From the NCBI GenBank assembly GCA_049643885.1, contig JBARQV010000027.1, positions 3,294-67,293 of the forward strand: a stretch of DNA of 64,000 nucleotides, written 5' to 3'. Positions 25,919-36,200 of the stretch are shown piece by piece; the stretch's first letter is position 1; each line of letters begins with the position of its first letter. This stretch comes from Candidatus Omnitrophota bacterium (GTDB taxonomy: Bacteria; Omnitrophota; Gorgyraeia; Tantalellales; Tantalellaceae). The notes below the pieces were generated by a model that worked only from the letters and a program-made list of their open reading frames with translations, searched no databases and was not told where the DNA came from. The translations under genes and the position numbers were made by a program.

Positions 25919-26857
25919 ATGACCAAGATAGACGCAATAGAGAAAGCCCTTCCGGAGCTCAAGAAGGCATATGAGCATTGTGAGCTTTGTGTGCGGAAGT
26001 GCGGAGTTAACCGGCTGGAAGGGGAAAAAGGTTATTGTTCGGCTTACGCGTGCCCGAAGATATACAATTTTATGCCTCACAAGGGGGAAGAGCCTCCGAT
26101 ATCCGGCGCCCGCGGTTCGGGTGTCATATTGTTCACCCATTGCAGCATGAACTGTGTTTACTGCCAGAATTACAGGTTCAGCCAGGAAGGCGAGGGAACG
26201 GAGATATCATGCAGGGAACTGGGCGGGCTTATGCTGAAACTGCGGGACGAAGGATGCCATAATATTAACCTCGTGAGCCCCACGCATTTTGTTCCCTCGA
26301 TAGTCGAAGCGCTGGATTATGCCTATAAAAAAGGCCTGGACATACCGGTAGTTTACAATACCGGTGGCTATGATTCTTTGTGGGCAATAAAGGCGCTGGA
26401 AGGAATTGTGGATATTTACCTCTTAGATATGAGATATTCCCTGGGAGAAATGGCGGAGCAGTATTCTAACGCTCCGGGGTATGTGGAGAATAACAGGGCG
26501 CTTGCGCTGGAGATGCACCGCCAGGCGGGCAGACTGGAGGTCTCCGGCGGTTTAGCGGTCAAAGGGCTTATTGTGCGCCTTTTGGCGCTTCCCGAGAACA
26601 TATCCGGGACGGTAGAGACGCTTAATTTCCTGGCGTCGAACATGGGGAAAGACGTGAGCTTAAGCGTCATGAGCCAGTATTACCCCGCGTATAAGGCCGG
26701 GCAATACAAGAAGTTATCCCAGAGGGTCAGGGAAGATGAATATTCGCTGATCCTCAAACAAATGGACGAACTAGGTATGAATGAGGGGTGGGTCCAGCCC
26801 TCCGGAGTGGATTTCGATGAAGAACTGGCCGGCGAGAATTTCCCGCGGTGTTTTTAA
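25919..26857 (+). CDS. radical SAM protein (PflA-like activase family)
   Basis: CxxxCxxC motif in HCSMNCVYCQNY. There is also an upstream Cys cluster, CELCVRKCGV...GYC. Confidence 0.7.
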   Translation: MTKIDAIEKALPELKKAYEHCELCVRKCGVNRLEGEKGYCSAYACPKIYNFMPHKGEEPPISGARGSGVILFTHCSMNCVYCQNYRFSQEGEGTEISCRELGGLMLKLRDEGCHNINLVSPTHFVPSIVEALDYAYKKGLDIPVVYNTGGYDSLWAIKALEGIVDIYLLDMRYSLGEMAEQYSNAPGYVENNRALALEMHRQAGRLEVSGGLAVKGLIVRLLALPENISGTVETLNFLASNMGKDVSLSVMSQYYPAYKAGQYKKLSQRVREDEYSLILKQMDELGMNEGWVQPSGVDFDEELAGENFPRCF

Positions 26858-26888
26858 TGAAAAAATATGATAAAATGTTTCAGAAGGA

Positions 26889-27743
26889 ATGAAGATGCAC
26901 AAGGTCGTGAGAGCTGAACAACTTAACCCGGAGATATGCCTGGTCGAATTTGAGGCTAAAGATATAGCCGCATCCGCCAAGGCCGGCCAATTTGTGATCC
27001 TCCGCGTCGATGAAAAGGGGGAACGTTTCCCCTTGACCATATATGATTCTGATAAGGAAAGAGGGACACTCATCGTGGTCTGCCAGGCCGTGGGCGTAAG
27101 CACGAAAAAGCTATGCGCCTTGGAAAAGGGAGGCTCTATCCTGGATGTTGTAGGGCCCCTGGGTCACGCGACAGAGACGAAAAATATCGGAAAAGTTATC
27201 TGTATAGGAGGGGGCGTAGGGACGGCCGAAGCCTATCCGATAGCGAAAGCCATGAAAAATGACGGGAATGACATCACGGTTATCATCGGCGCGAGGACCA
27301 AAGATCTTGTGATCTGCGAAGACGAAGTCAGGGAATTTTGCGACAAAATCCACGTGACGACGGACGATGGTTCTTACGGGCGCAAGGGGTTCGTGACGGA
27401 TGTCCTGAGCGAGCTTATCGAAAAAGAAAAGTATGATCTCGTATTTGCCATCGGCCCTATCCCCATGATGAAAAAAGTCGCGGAAGTAACCAAGCCAAAA
27501 GGACTTAAGACGCTTGTGTCTTTGAACTCGATCATGGTCGACGCGACAGGAATGTGCGGCTGCTGCCGGATAAATTACGGCGGAGAATCAAAATTTACCT
27601 GCGTGGATGGCCCTGAATTTGACGCGCATTTAGTTGATTTTGACGAACTTGTGCACAGGCAGGGAAGGTACAAAGACAAGGAAAAGCGATCACTTGACCA
27701 CTATGAACATAAGTGTAAAATAGGATTGAAGAAGAAGGGCTGA
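26889..27743 (+). CDS. nfnA: NfnA / SudB: PyrK-like FAD/[2Fe-2S] subunit of NADH-dependent reduced ferredoxin:NADP oxidoreductase
   Basis: PyrK-like fold with the C-terminal CGCCRINYGGESKFTCVDGPEFDAHLVDFDEL motif. Immediately followed by the GltD-like subunit. Confidence 0.8.
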   Translation: MKMHKVVRAEQLNPEICLVEFEAKDIAASAKAGQFVILRVDEKGERFPLTIYDSDKERGTLIVVCQAVGVSTKKLCALEKGGSILDVVGPLGHATETKNIGKVICIGGGVGTAEAYPIAKAMKNDGNDITVIIGARTKDLVICEDEVREFCDKIHVTTDDGSYGRKGFVTDVLSELIEKEKYDLVFAIGPIPMMKKVAEVTKPKGLKTLVSLNSIMVDATGMCGCCRINYGGESKFTCVDGPEFDAHLVDFDELVHRQGRYKDKEKRSLDHYEHKCKIGLKKKG

Positions 27744-27745
27744 CG

Positions 27746-29113
27746 GTGAGAGAACAGGATCCAAAAGAAAGAATAAAGAATTTCAAAGAAGTTCCGTACG
27801 GATATAGCGAAGAAGAAGCGGTCGCCGAGGCTGCAAGATGTCTTCAATGCCCGAACGCTCCATGCGTTCAAGGGTGCCCCGCGGAGATAGATATATCCGG
27901 TTTTATAAAAGCGATAAAAGAGCGGCGCTTTCCGGATGCACTTGCTATTATCAGGAAAACGAACAGCTTGCCTGCGGTCTGCGGCCGGGTATGTCCGCAG
28001 GAAGACCAGTGCGAACTTAAATGCGTCCTGATGAAAACCGGCAAGCCGATCAATATCGGATCATTAGAAAGATTTGCAGCGGATTTCGAAAAAACCCTGG
28101 ACCAGAAGGCAAAAACAACGCCTGCGGCCCGGAAGGGCAAAGAAAAGGTCGCGGTCACAGGTGCCGGCCCGGCCGGGCTTACGTGCGCCGCTGACCTGGT
28201 CAAAATGGGGTATCAAGTTACGATTTTCGAAGCCCTTCATAAGCCCGGCGGGGTTCTTGTCTACGGGATACCCGAGTTCCGTCTCCCGAAAGACATTGTA
28301 GGGGAAGAAGTTCGGGAAATAAAGGAACTAGGGGTGGAAGTCAAGCTTAACTACCTGATAGGGCGCACTAAGACGATCGACGACCTGCGCAAGGAAGGAT
28401 TTGAGGCTTTCTTTATCGCGTCCGGCGCCGGCCTGCCTTATTTTATGGGCATAGAGGGCGAGAACCTGAACGGCGTTTATTCAGCCAACGAGTTCCTCAC
28501 GAGGGTCAATCTCATGAAAGCCTACAGGTTTCCGGAATACGACACGCCCGTCAACGTTGGAAAGAAGGTGGCCGTGATCGGCGCCGGGAACGTGGCAATG
28601 GACTCCGCGCGAAGCGCCCTTCGCCTTGGAGCGCAAAAGGTCATGATAGTTTACAGGCGGACGAACAAGGAAATGCCGGCCAGGATCGATGAGATACATC
28701 ACGCTGAAGAAGAAGGTATCGAATTCCATCTACTTACAACTCCTGCGAAGATCATAGGCAACGAACAGGGAGACGTGGAAAAGATGGTATGCATAAAGAA
28801 CGAGCTGGGCGAGCCGGATGCAAGCGGGCGGAGACGGCCTGTGCCCATAGAAGGCTCTGAGTTCGAGATGGATGTCGATACGGTGATCGTGGCTATCGGC
28901 AACGGCCCTAACCCCTTACTATTAAACACGATAGAGGGTCTAAAGCTTAACAGAAAAGGTAATATCGAAGCCGGCGAAAACGGAAAGACGAGCGTCGGGG
29001 ATATTTTCGCAGGCGGGGATATTGTAACAGGTTCTGCGACGGTGATAGCCGCTATGGGGGCGGGGAAACAGGCCGCAAGATCCATAGATGAGTACCTGAG
29101 ATCCAAAAAGTAG
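27746..29113 (+). CDS. nfnB: NfnB / SudA: GltD-like (NADPH-dependent glutamate synthase beta-chain-like) subunit
   Basis: Two Cys clusters in CLQCPNAPCVQGCP...CGRVCPQEDQCELKC. FAD/NAD Rossmann motifs VAVTGAGPAGL and VAVIGAGNVAMD. Confidence 0.85.
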   Translation: MREQDPKERIKNFKEVPYGYSEEEAVAEAARCLQCPNAPCVQGCPAEIDISGFIKAIKERRFPDALAIIRKTNSLPAVCGRVCPQEDQCELKCVLMKTGKPINIGSLERFAADFEKTLDQKAKTTPAARKGKEKVAVTGAGPAGLTCAADLVKMGYQVTIFEALHKPGGVLVYGIPEFRLPKDIVGEEVREIKELGVEVKLNYLIGRTKTIDDLRKEGFEAFFIASGAGLPYFMGIEGENLNGVYSANEFLTRVNLMKAYRFPEYDTPVNVGKKVAVIGAGNVAMDSARSALRLGAQKVMIVYRRTNKEMPARIDEIHHAEEEGIEFHLLTTPAKIIGNEQGDVEKMVCIKNELGEPDASGRRRPVPIEGSEFEMDVDTVIVAIGNGPNPLLLNTIEGLKLNRKGNIEAGENGKTSVGDIFAGGDIVTGSATVIAAMGAGKQAARSIDEYLRSKK

Positions 29114-29167
29114 TTGCCCGATTTATCGGGCAAAGTTTATTGATGTAGTTGCCCAATTCATTGGGCA
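29114..29167. promoter_or_regulatory. two 20-bp perfect palindromes TTGCCCGATTTATCGGGCAA and TTGCCCAATTCATTGGGCAA, 34 bp centre-to-centre
   Basis: Read directly. They lie between the nfnB stop and the response-regulator start. They could be terminator hairpins, an operator pair, or both. Confidence 0.4.
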
Positions 29168-29187
29168 AAAACCGAAGGCGGGTAAAA

Positions 29188-29868
29188 ATGCCTAAACGGA
29201 TAACTGTGGTTGATGATGACCCCGATGTGTTGAGGGTCCTGTCGTTCCATCTTGACAGGGAAGGTTTTGCTGTCGAAGAATGCAGGAACGCCAAAAGCCT
29301 TTTTGAATCCATAAAAGACTTTAAGCCGAACCTGATCGTCCTGGATATCGGACTTCCGGACATGGACGGTTTCGAGGTATGCAAGAAGCTCAAGAAAGAC
29401 GAGAAATACGCTTCGATACCCGTTATAATGCTTACGGCAAAGGCGGAGGAAATGCACAAGGTCATGGGCCTCGAACTGGGCGCGGATGATTATGTCGTTA
29501 AGCCTTTTTCGACTAACGAATTCGTGGCGCGGGTAAAAGCTGTTTTAAGAAGGTTTGGCGAAGAGGGAAAGCCCAGGAAAGTGAAAGTGAACAACAAGAT
29601 CATTATTGACCAGGAAAAGCACGAGGTTTACGTGACGGGCAAAAAGGTAGAGCTTACGCCGGTCGAATTTAAGATCCTCGAAGTCCTGTCGTTGAACAAG
29701 GGTAACGTATTGACCAGGGAAAGGATCCTCGAATATCTCTGGGGCGATGAGAAGATAGTCGTTGAAAGGACGATCGACGTCCATATACGCCATTTGAGGG
29801 AAAAACTCGGAAAAACAGCAAATTTAATCAAAAATGTACGTGGAGTTGGGTATAAATTAGAAGTTTAA
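29188..29868 (+). CDS. OmpR/PhoB-family two-component response regulator (orphan; no kinase adjacent)
   Basis: Receiver domain (VVDDDPDV...LIVLDIGLPDMDGF...MLTAK) plus winged-helix DNA-binding domain (LTPVEFKILE...VRGVGYKL). Confidence 0.85.
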   Translation: MPKRITVVDDDPDVLRVLSFHLDREGFAVEECRNAKSLFESIKDFKPNLIVLDIGLPDMDGFEVCKKLKKDEKYASIPVIMLTAKAEEMHKVMGLELGADDYVVKPFSTNEFVARVKAVLRRFGEEGKPRKVKVNNKIIIDQEKHEVYVTGKKVELTPVEFKILEVLSLNKGNVLTRERILEYLWGDEKIVVERTIDVHIRHLREKLGKTANLIKNVRGVGYKLEV

Positions 29869-30107
29869 ATATCCAGATATCCCCAAAAAAAGCACAATTA
29901 AAAGTTTAATTAGCTAGATAGCGCCAAAAATCCCTCCATTTTTAATTAACCCAAATTTAATCAAATTCAAATAATTACTTAACGTGCATGCTATATACTT
30001 GAAGTGTATGGCGAATACATATATATATGTGTATTCGCTTGAAATACGTTGAAATGTTAGGTAAACTAAAAGAGTGTAGCAAAAGACGCTCTTTCTTCTT
30101 TGAAAAT

Positions 30108-30235
30108 TCGCGAAAGGCAAACCCCGTGAAAGCGGGGGGCGCAAAGCTTGAGAGCCTAAAGCCGTTGGCTATGGCAGTCAGTTGCCGAATGGGAAAAATT
30201 AAAAACCCATAGCTTCTCAGGCTATGGGTTTTTTG
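30108..30235 (+). promoter_or_regulatory. c-di-GMP-I (GEMM) riboswitch-like leader, copy 1, with terminator expression platform
   Basis: AAAGGCAAACC; P2 hairpin CCCCGUG-AAA-GCGGGG carrying a GAAA tetraloop; GGCGCAAAGC; tetraloop receptor CCUAAAG...CUAUGG. The arrangement is close to the Vibrio Vc2 class-I aptamer. A terminator follows at 30205-30235 (ACCCAUAGC-UUCUCAG-GCUAUGGGU-U6). Confidence 0.8.
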
Positions 30236-30248
30236 CTATATACGATGC

Positions 30249-33200
30249 ATGGTGAGGTTGGCAGAAATGAACAATAACAATTCTTTAAGAGTATGTATTA
30301 TTATCCTGGCAATGTTATTTGCCTGGACGAATTGTGTCTACTCTCTGCCGAAAGTCGACGAGGTCGTATCCGGCGAAGCAGAAGTAAAGATGGTCGATCC
30401 CAACACCATGCAGATCAATGCCACCGACAACACCATCATAAATTACCAATCATTTAACATCATGGAACACGAATCGGTTATCATCTCTCTCCCGAATTCA
30501 AGCAGCGAGATCCTTAACCGGGTGATAGGGCCTGACCGCAGCGACCTCTTTGGTAACCTGTCATGTAACGGGATATTTATCCTCGTGAACCAGAACGGGA
30601 TCTATGTGGGGCCGAACGCTAATATAGAAGCGGCAAGCGCGATCCTTTCGACAAGGGACATAACCGACTCCGATTTTATCGATGGGCAATATCTATTCCA
30701 GAAACTCTCCGATGAAGAGATGGACATGCTCCTCCTCAACGAGGGCACCATAAGGATCCAGGACGGCGGCTTCGGCGTCCTGATAGCCGGGGCGATAGAG
30801 AACAATGGTAAGATCATAGCCCCGTGCGGTAAGATAGTCCTGGCAGGGGGAGACGCCATAAAGCTTAACATGTCGGCGAATGGCCTGATCTCCGTCGCCA
30901 TCCTGGAGAAAACGGCTTCCAAAATATATGACCATGAAGGGAACCCCATACTTGACCAGATCAAGAATACCGGCGAACTTCGGGCGAACGGGGGCGCCGT
31001 TATTCTCAAGGCGGAAAGCGTAACCGATGTCTTTAGAAGCGCTATAAACCTGGAAGGGGTGGTCGAGGCCAACAGGGTAGAGGACAAAGACGGTGTTATA
31101 AGCATAGTGGCCGATAATGATGTAACGATAAACGCGGAAATGGCAGCAACTAGCATTGATATTAAGACTGAATATGATATTGACCTGGACGCTAATATCG
31201 TTGCTTCCGAAGGCGACATACTTCTTTTTGCCGATTATGACGGAGACGGGATCGGCAGCTTCAGGCAACACGGCGGCCTGATCGAGGCGACAGGTGAAGG
31301 GGATATTTATATCGAAGGCTCCGGGGAAATGGTCCTTGGGGCCGTCAAGACAGAGCTGGGTGCGATCAAGATAGGCACCCAAAGGGAGCCTTTTTCCATA
31401 ACGGGCGAACCTCATTATATCCATTCAAAGGGAGATTTTGAGATCACCGCGATGGATGAGGGCGAGGAGGTGACCACCCTCCATACCAGCCGGGGAGATG
31501 TCCTGAAATACAACACCACCGGCAAGGTGATCCTTGAGGCGGCGGACGGCAGGATCGAACAGCTGATCCAGGAGCCGTTGCCGGCGGGATATCTGGAACT
31601 GAAGGCCAGGACATTTGACGTTAATTCAGAAGCAGATGTTACAGTTATCAATGATATTGATAGTAATATTTATATTGAAAAGCTGATAGAGATCTCGGAA
31701 GATGTAGTTTCCCTGGAAGGCGAAACGACCGGCAGGGTCACGTATCTTATCTCGAATGATATTGTCCTCCAGACCCCTCATGACGTGGACACTGCCCCCG
31801 GGGTTATTATCCCGGGAGATAATGTCAAGATAACCGCCAGAAGAATAGGGTCAAACGACTCACCTGTGGGTATTTCTGCCAACCTCACCTATATCCATAG
31901 GATCCAGGGAGACATCGTCATCTCCGAGATCTGGGGTCTCGGGACAACAATATGCATCAGGGGTCCTGACCCGGATACGAACCCGGATAGCTGGGGAGCG
32001 ATTAATTTAAATAAAAATACAGACCTTATATTGGAGGCCTCTCAAGGAGGTCTTTTTATATCTGAAAATTGTGCTCTTCAAGCACAAAATCTCACATTAA
32101 TCGCAAGCCAGGGCATAGAAAATTACGGCTCTTTATTGGTCGAGAACGGAACCCTCACCCTTACGGCGGAAGGCGCCGTAATAAGCCTTGGCTCCTTAAG
32201 GGCCGAGACCCTTATAGAGGAGGGCGCCTCTTTTGTGGTCGGAGGAGAATATATAGTAGGCTACGCAACCGCCCGGAACGCAGATAACGCTGTAACACTT
32301 TATACGGGAAACTATTCAGGAGAAACCAGCGATACAGGCGACATTGCTGTCAAAAATAACAACATTATAACCCTGGTGGGAGACACTATATTCCGCGCTG
32401 ACAGCGACCAGAATGGGGTCGGGGGTTTTAAGCCTCAAGTTGGCTCCAGCATTGTAGGAGGGGGATATAATCTTTGGATATATGGTTCCGAGAGCTCAAC
32501 CCTTCGGCAGATAACAGGCGTCGGGACTCTTTCGCTATATAGATCCTACGCAAGCTCAAATCCCTATTATATTGATTATAGTGCCTGGAGCGTGGGGAAT
32601 TTGATCATTGGCGCAGGTATTTCGTTAGATATCCAAGGTGTGGGTTTAACATTAAGTGGAAATTTTACAAATAACGGCACATTTGTGTCAAATAACGCCG
32701 TCATATTCAGCGGCGCCGGTACGTCAAATATTACAGGAAATATCACATTTAACAATCTTACCTGTACTACCGCCGGCAAGATCCTGAAATTCAAAGAAGG
32801 CCAGACTTTTACCATAAACGGGACCCTTGCCCTGACAGGAACATCCGGCAATGAGATCGTTCTCGACAGCCAGAACGGTTCAACGCAATTTACGTTTAAA
32901 GTGGCCAGCGCCCAGAGCGTCAGCTACATAGTTGTCGCAAACTCTAATGTCGACGATACTTCAGGCGGCAATATAACCGCCTCTAACTCTTATAATGACG
33001 GCAATAACGATACCGGACCCACGGGACGTTACTGGGCAGGGCTTCCCGCGGCAACATATTCTGTTTACGGGGCAGTATATTCCGACCAGGGTTCTACGCT
33101 GATGGGCGCGGGTGTGAATATAGTTCTGGCGAGAAACGGAGTGGTCACGGCCAACACAAATACGCTTGCGAGCGGCCAGTACGCTTTTCACGGACGAGCT

Positions 33201-36200
33201 TTCTCAGCCAATGATGTGGTTTTGATCTACATAAACAATAGTACCACAAACGGTAATGTGGTAGTAATTGTAGATGCTGCCAGGATAACCGGGGCGGATA
33301 TATACGGGAACACTGCTATCGCCAGGCACCAGACGGCGGGACCCGTCACGAACGCGACATTTTCTACAGCTAAAGGCTCCATGACGGATACGGATATAAT
33401 CTATTCGGTGTCCGGTTCCAACTTGGAACTGAATGAGGGAGTGAGCTTTGTGGTATGGACAGGCGATACATATACTCCGGGTGGAAATCTTTATTGCAAC
33501 GATGTTGTCGTGCAGTCAAGCGCTATATTCAATGCCGCCGCGGGCTCTACAATAAGCGCCTCAGGCGATTGGGCGAACAGCGGCACGTTCAATCCCAGCA
33601 CATCGACCGTTATCCTTACCGGCGGAAGCGTGCAAACGCTGACTTCAGGGGGGTCTTCGTTCAACAACCTTACGATTGCGGGCGTAGGCACGTACAGGCT
33701 TCAGGATGCCCTGAATGTTACCGGCACCCTTGCTATATCAGGGTATTCCTACAAAAAAGCGATCGTTATAGATAATACAAAAGTAAACGCTGATCTGACG
33801 AATTTTCCGGTCCTTTTCAGCGTTACCGACAGCGATCTGGCGGTGACAGGCAGCGGCGGATATGTAACGAGTTCCAACGGTTGTGACATTATCTTTACCG
33901 ATCACGCCGGGGTCCAGCTGGACCATGAGGTCGAGTCATACAACCCGGCGACCGGACAGATCATCGCATGGGTGAAGGTGCCGAGCCTGTCAAATTCCAC
34001 AGACACGACGATCTACGTCCATTACGGTAACAGCGATATCATAACCTCGCAGGAGAACCCGACAGGCGTATGGAGCAACGGTTTTGCCGCGGTCTGGCAT
34101 CTTGGTTCATCCATAAATGATTCGACAAGCAACGGCATCACAGGCACAAATAACGGGACAACGGAAGAGACGACTATCGTAAAGGTGGGCACAAGCACTT
34201 ATTTTAACGGTTCAGAATCCGATTATATCAATTATGGCGAGCCGAGCGCGCTCGATATAAGTGGGAACAACCCGATCACCATCGAAACCTGGGTATACTT
34301 TAACTCGGTCGCTGCAAACTATCAGGATTTCTTCTCAAAAGGTGACACGCAATACCACTTACAGAAAAATAACGCAGATCCCGGGGTAATACAATTTGTT
34401 ATTTATGACGGAGACTGGCAGCTTGTCCAGGCGGACAGCAATGTTTCAACAGGAACCTGGTATCATGTTGTAGGGACATATAATGGAGTAAGCGGCGGGG
34501 CACTGGAGCTTTATATAAATGGCTCCAAGCAGACAGGCAGCGACACAGCTGCATCGATCAACAATACGGCTTATAGTGTCTATATGGGCGAGAACAGCCA
34601 GTCAACCGGCCGCTACCTGGACGGATATATGGACGAAGCCCGCATATGCAACGCCTACAGGACTGGTGGCTGGATACAGACCGAGCACAATAACCAATCC
34701 TCTCCTTCGACGTTTTATCCTAATTACACTTCGGAAGCACGGACCACCGGTGACAGTGCGACGCTTTGTCTGAATGGCAAGAACCTCTCTACCGCAACAC
34801 TCAATAATACCGGGACCCTGAGGCTCCTGGGGGCAGAAACGGTAAGCATAACCACGATGGATACAGATTCAGGACTGGTTGATTATTATGGAGACGGTTC
34901 ATATACGGGACTGGCGGCGGGGGACAGCTACTTCGACCTTACGTTTTCGGGGACCGGGGTCTATACCCTTGATGCCGATCTGGACATAAACGGTGATCTT
35001 TCCTTTACGCCTACATTCCAGTACAGGAAGGAAATAACCATTTACGCCTCACAGGTGGATGCGGACGTGACCGATTTTCCGGTCCTTTTCAGCGTTACCG
35101 ATGCTGACCTGATCGATAACCTGATGCACGACGCGAATTACACTATCAAGTTCACCAACGCGACCGGGACCGAGCTGCCATATGAAGTAGAGTATTACAA
35201 TAACGCAACAGGCCAGCTGATAGCATGGGTCAAGGCCGATTCATTATCCTCGAGCACCAATACAACGCTGTGGCTGTATTACGGCTCGCTGGAAGCCGAC
35301 TCCACGGAAGCAGCGACCAGCGTGTGGAGCAACAATTATTCGGCCGTGTGGCACATGAGTGAAGCGTCGGGGACTATCTATAATTCAACATCTTATCCCA
35401 ACAACGGGACCGCCGCCGGGGGCATTACTTACGGCGCAGCCGGAAAAATAGACGGATCTGTCAGCCTTGACGGCGTTGATGATCGGATAAACTGCGGGTG
35501 GGATCCAAGCCTGTCGCCCTCGAATGCGATCACCGTTTCCCTTTGGACGCAGAATGCCGTATCTCCGGCGCAATATGACGGCATCCTCGGCAAGACAAGC
35601 AGCTTTAAATGGGACGACGGGTACGGCATGTTTTACAACAGCTCAACCGAGGTCCGTTTTTATGTATCAAATTACAGCGCGAATGTCGCTTACGCGTCCT
35701 TGACGCCCACGAACATGAATTATATTGTCGGCACGTTTGACGGTTCGAATGTGCGGATATATGTAAATGGCGTAGAGGGCACGGCAGATCCGTATGCAGG
35801 CACCATATCATCAACGGCAGCCATGTTAGTGCTGGGCCAGTTATCGGGAACTGCATACAATATCAACGGCAAGCTGGATGAAGTCCGCGTTGCCGGCACA
35901 TGGCGTCCGTCCGGCTGGATCTCAACAGAATTCAAAAACCAGAATTCTCCCGGCACGTTTTTCGGCACCGGAAGCGAGATCAGCGGCGGCGCTACCATAA
36001 ACGCAGGAAGCTATGACATCAACAGTGCAGGCGATTTTGATCTTACAAGCGGCATATTTGATGCCGGTACGGGCACGGTTATATTTGACGGGGTATCCAC
36101 CCAGACCCTGACCACGGCCTCATATGATTTTTACGGTTTGACCGTCTCCAACGCCTCCTCAAACGGTGTTCAGCTTGCAGATGCCCTTACCGTTACGAAC

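Noticed and set aside
25919-26857. Calling the radical-SAM gene an AmmeMemoRadiSam-system enzyme
   Set aside because: The N-terminal Cys cluster plus CxxxCxxC resembles that family. However, neither AMMECR1 nor a MEMO1-like partner gene is adjacent, so only a generic PflA-like activase call is made.
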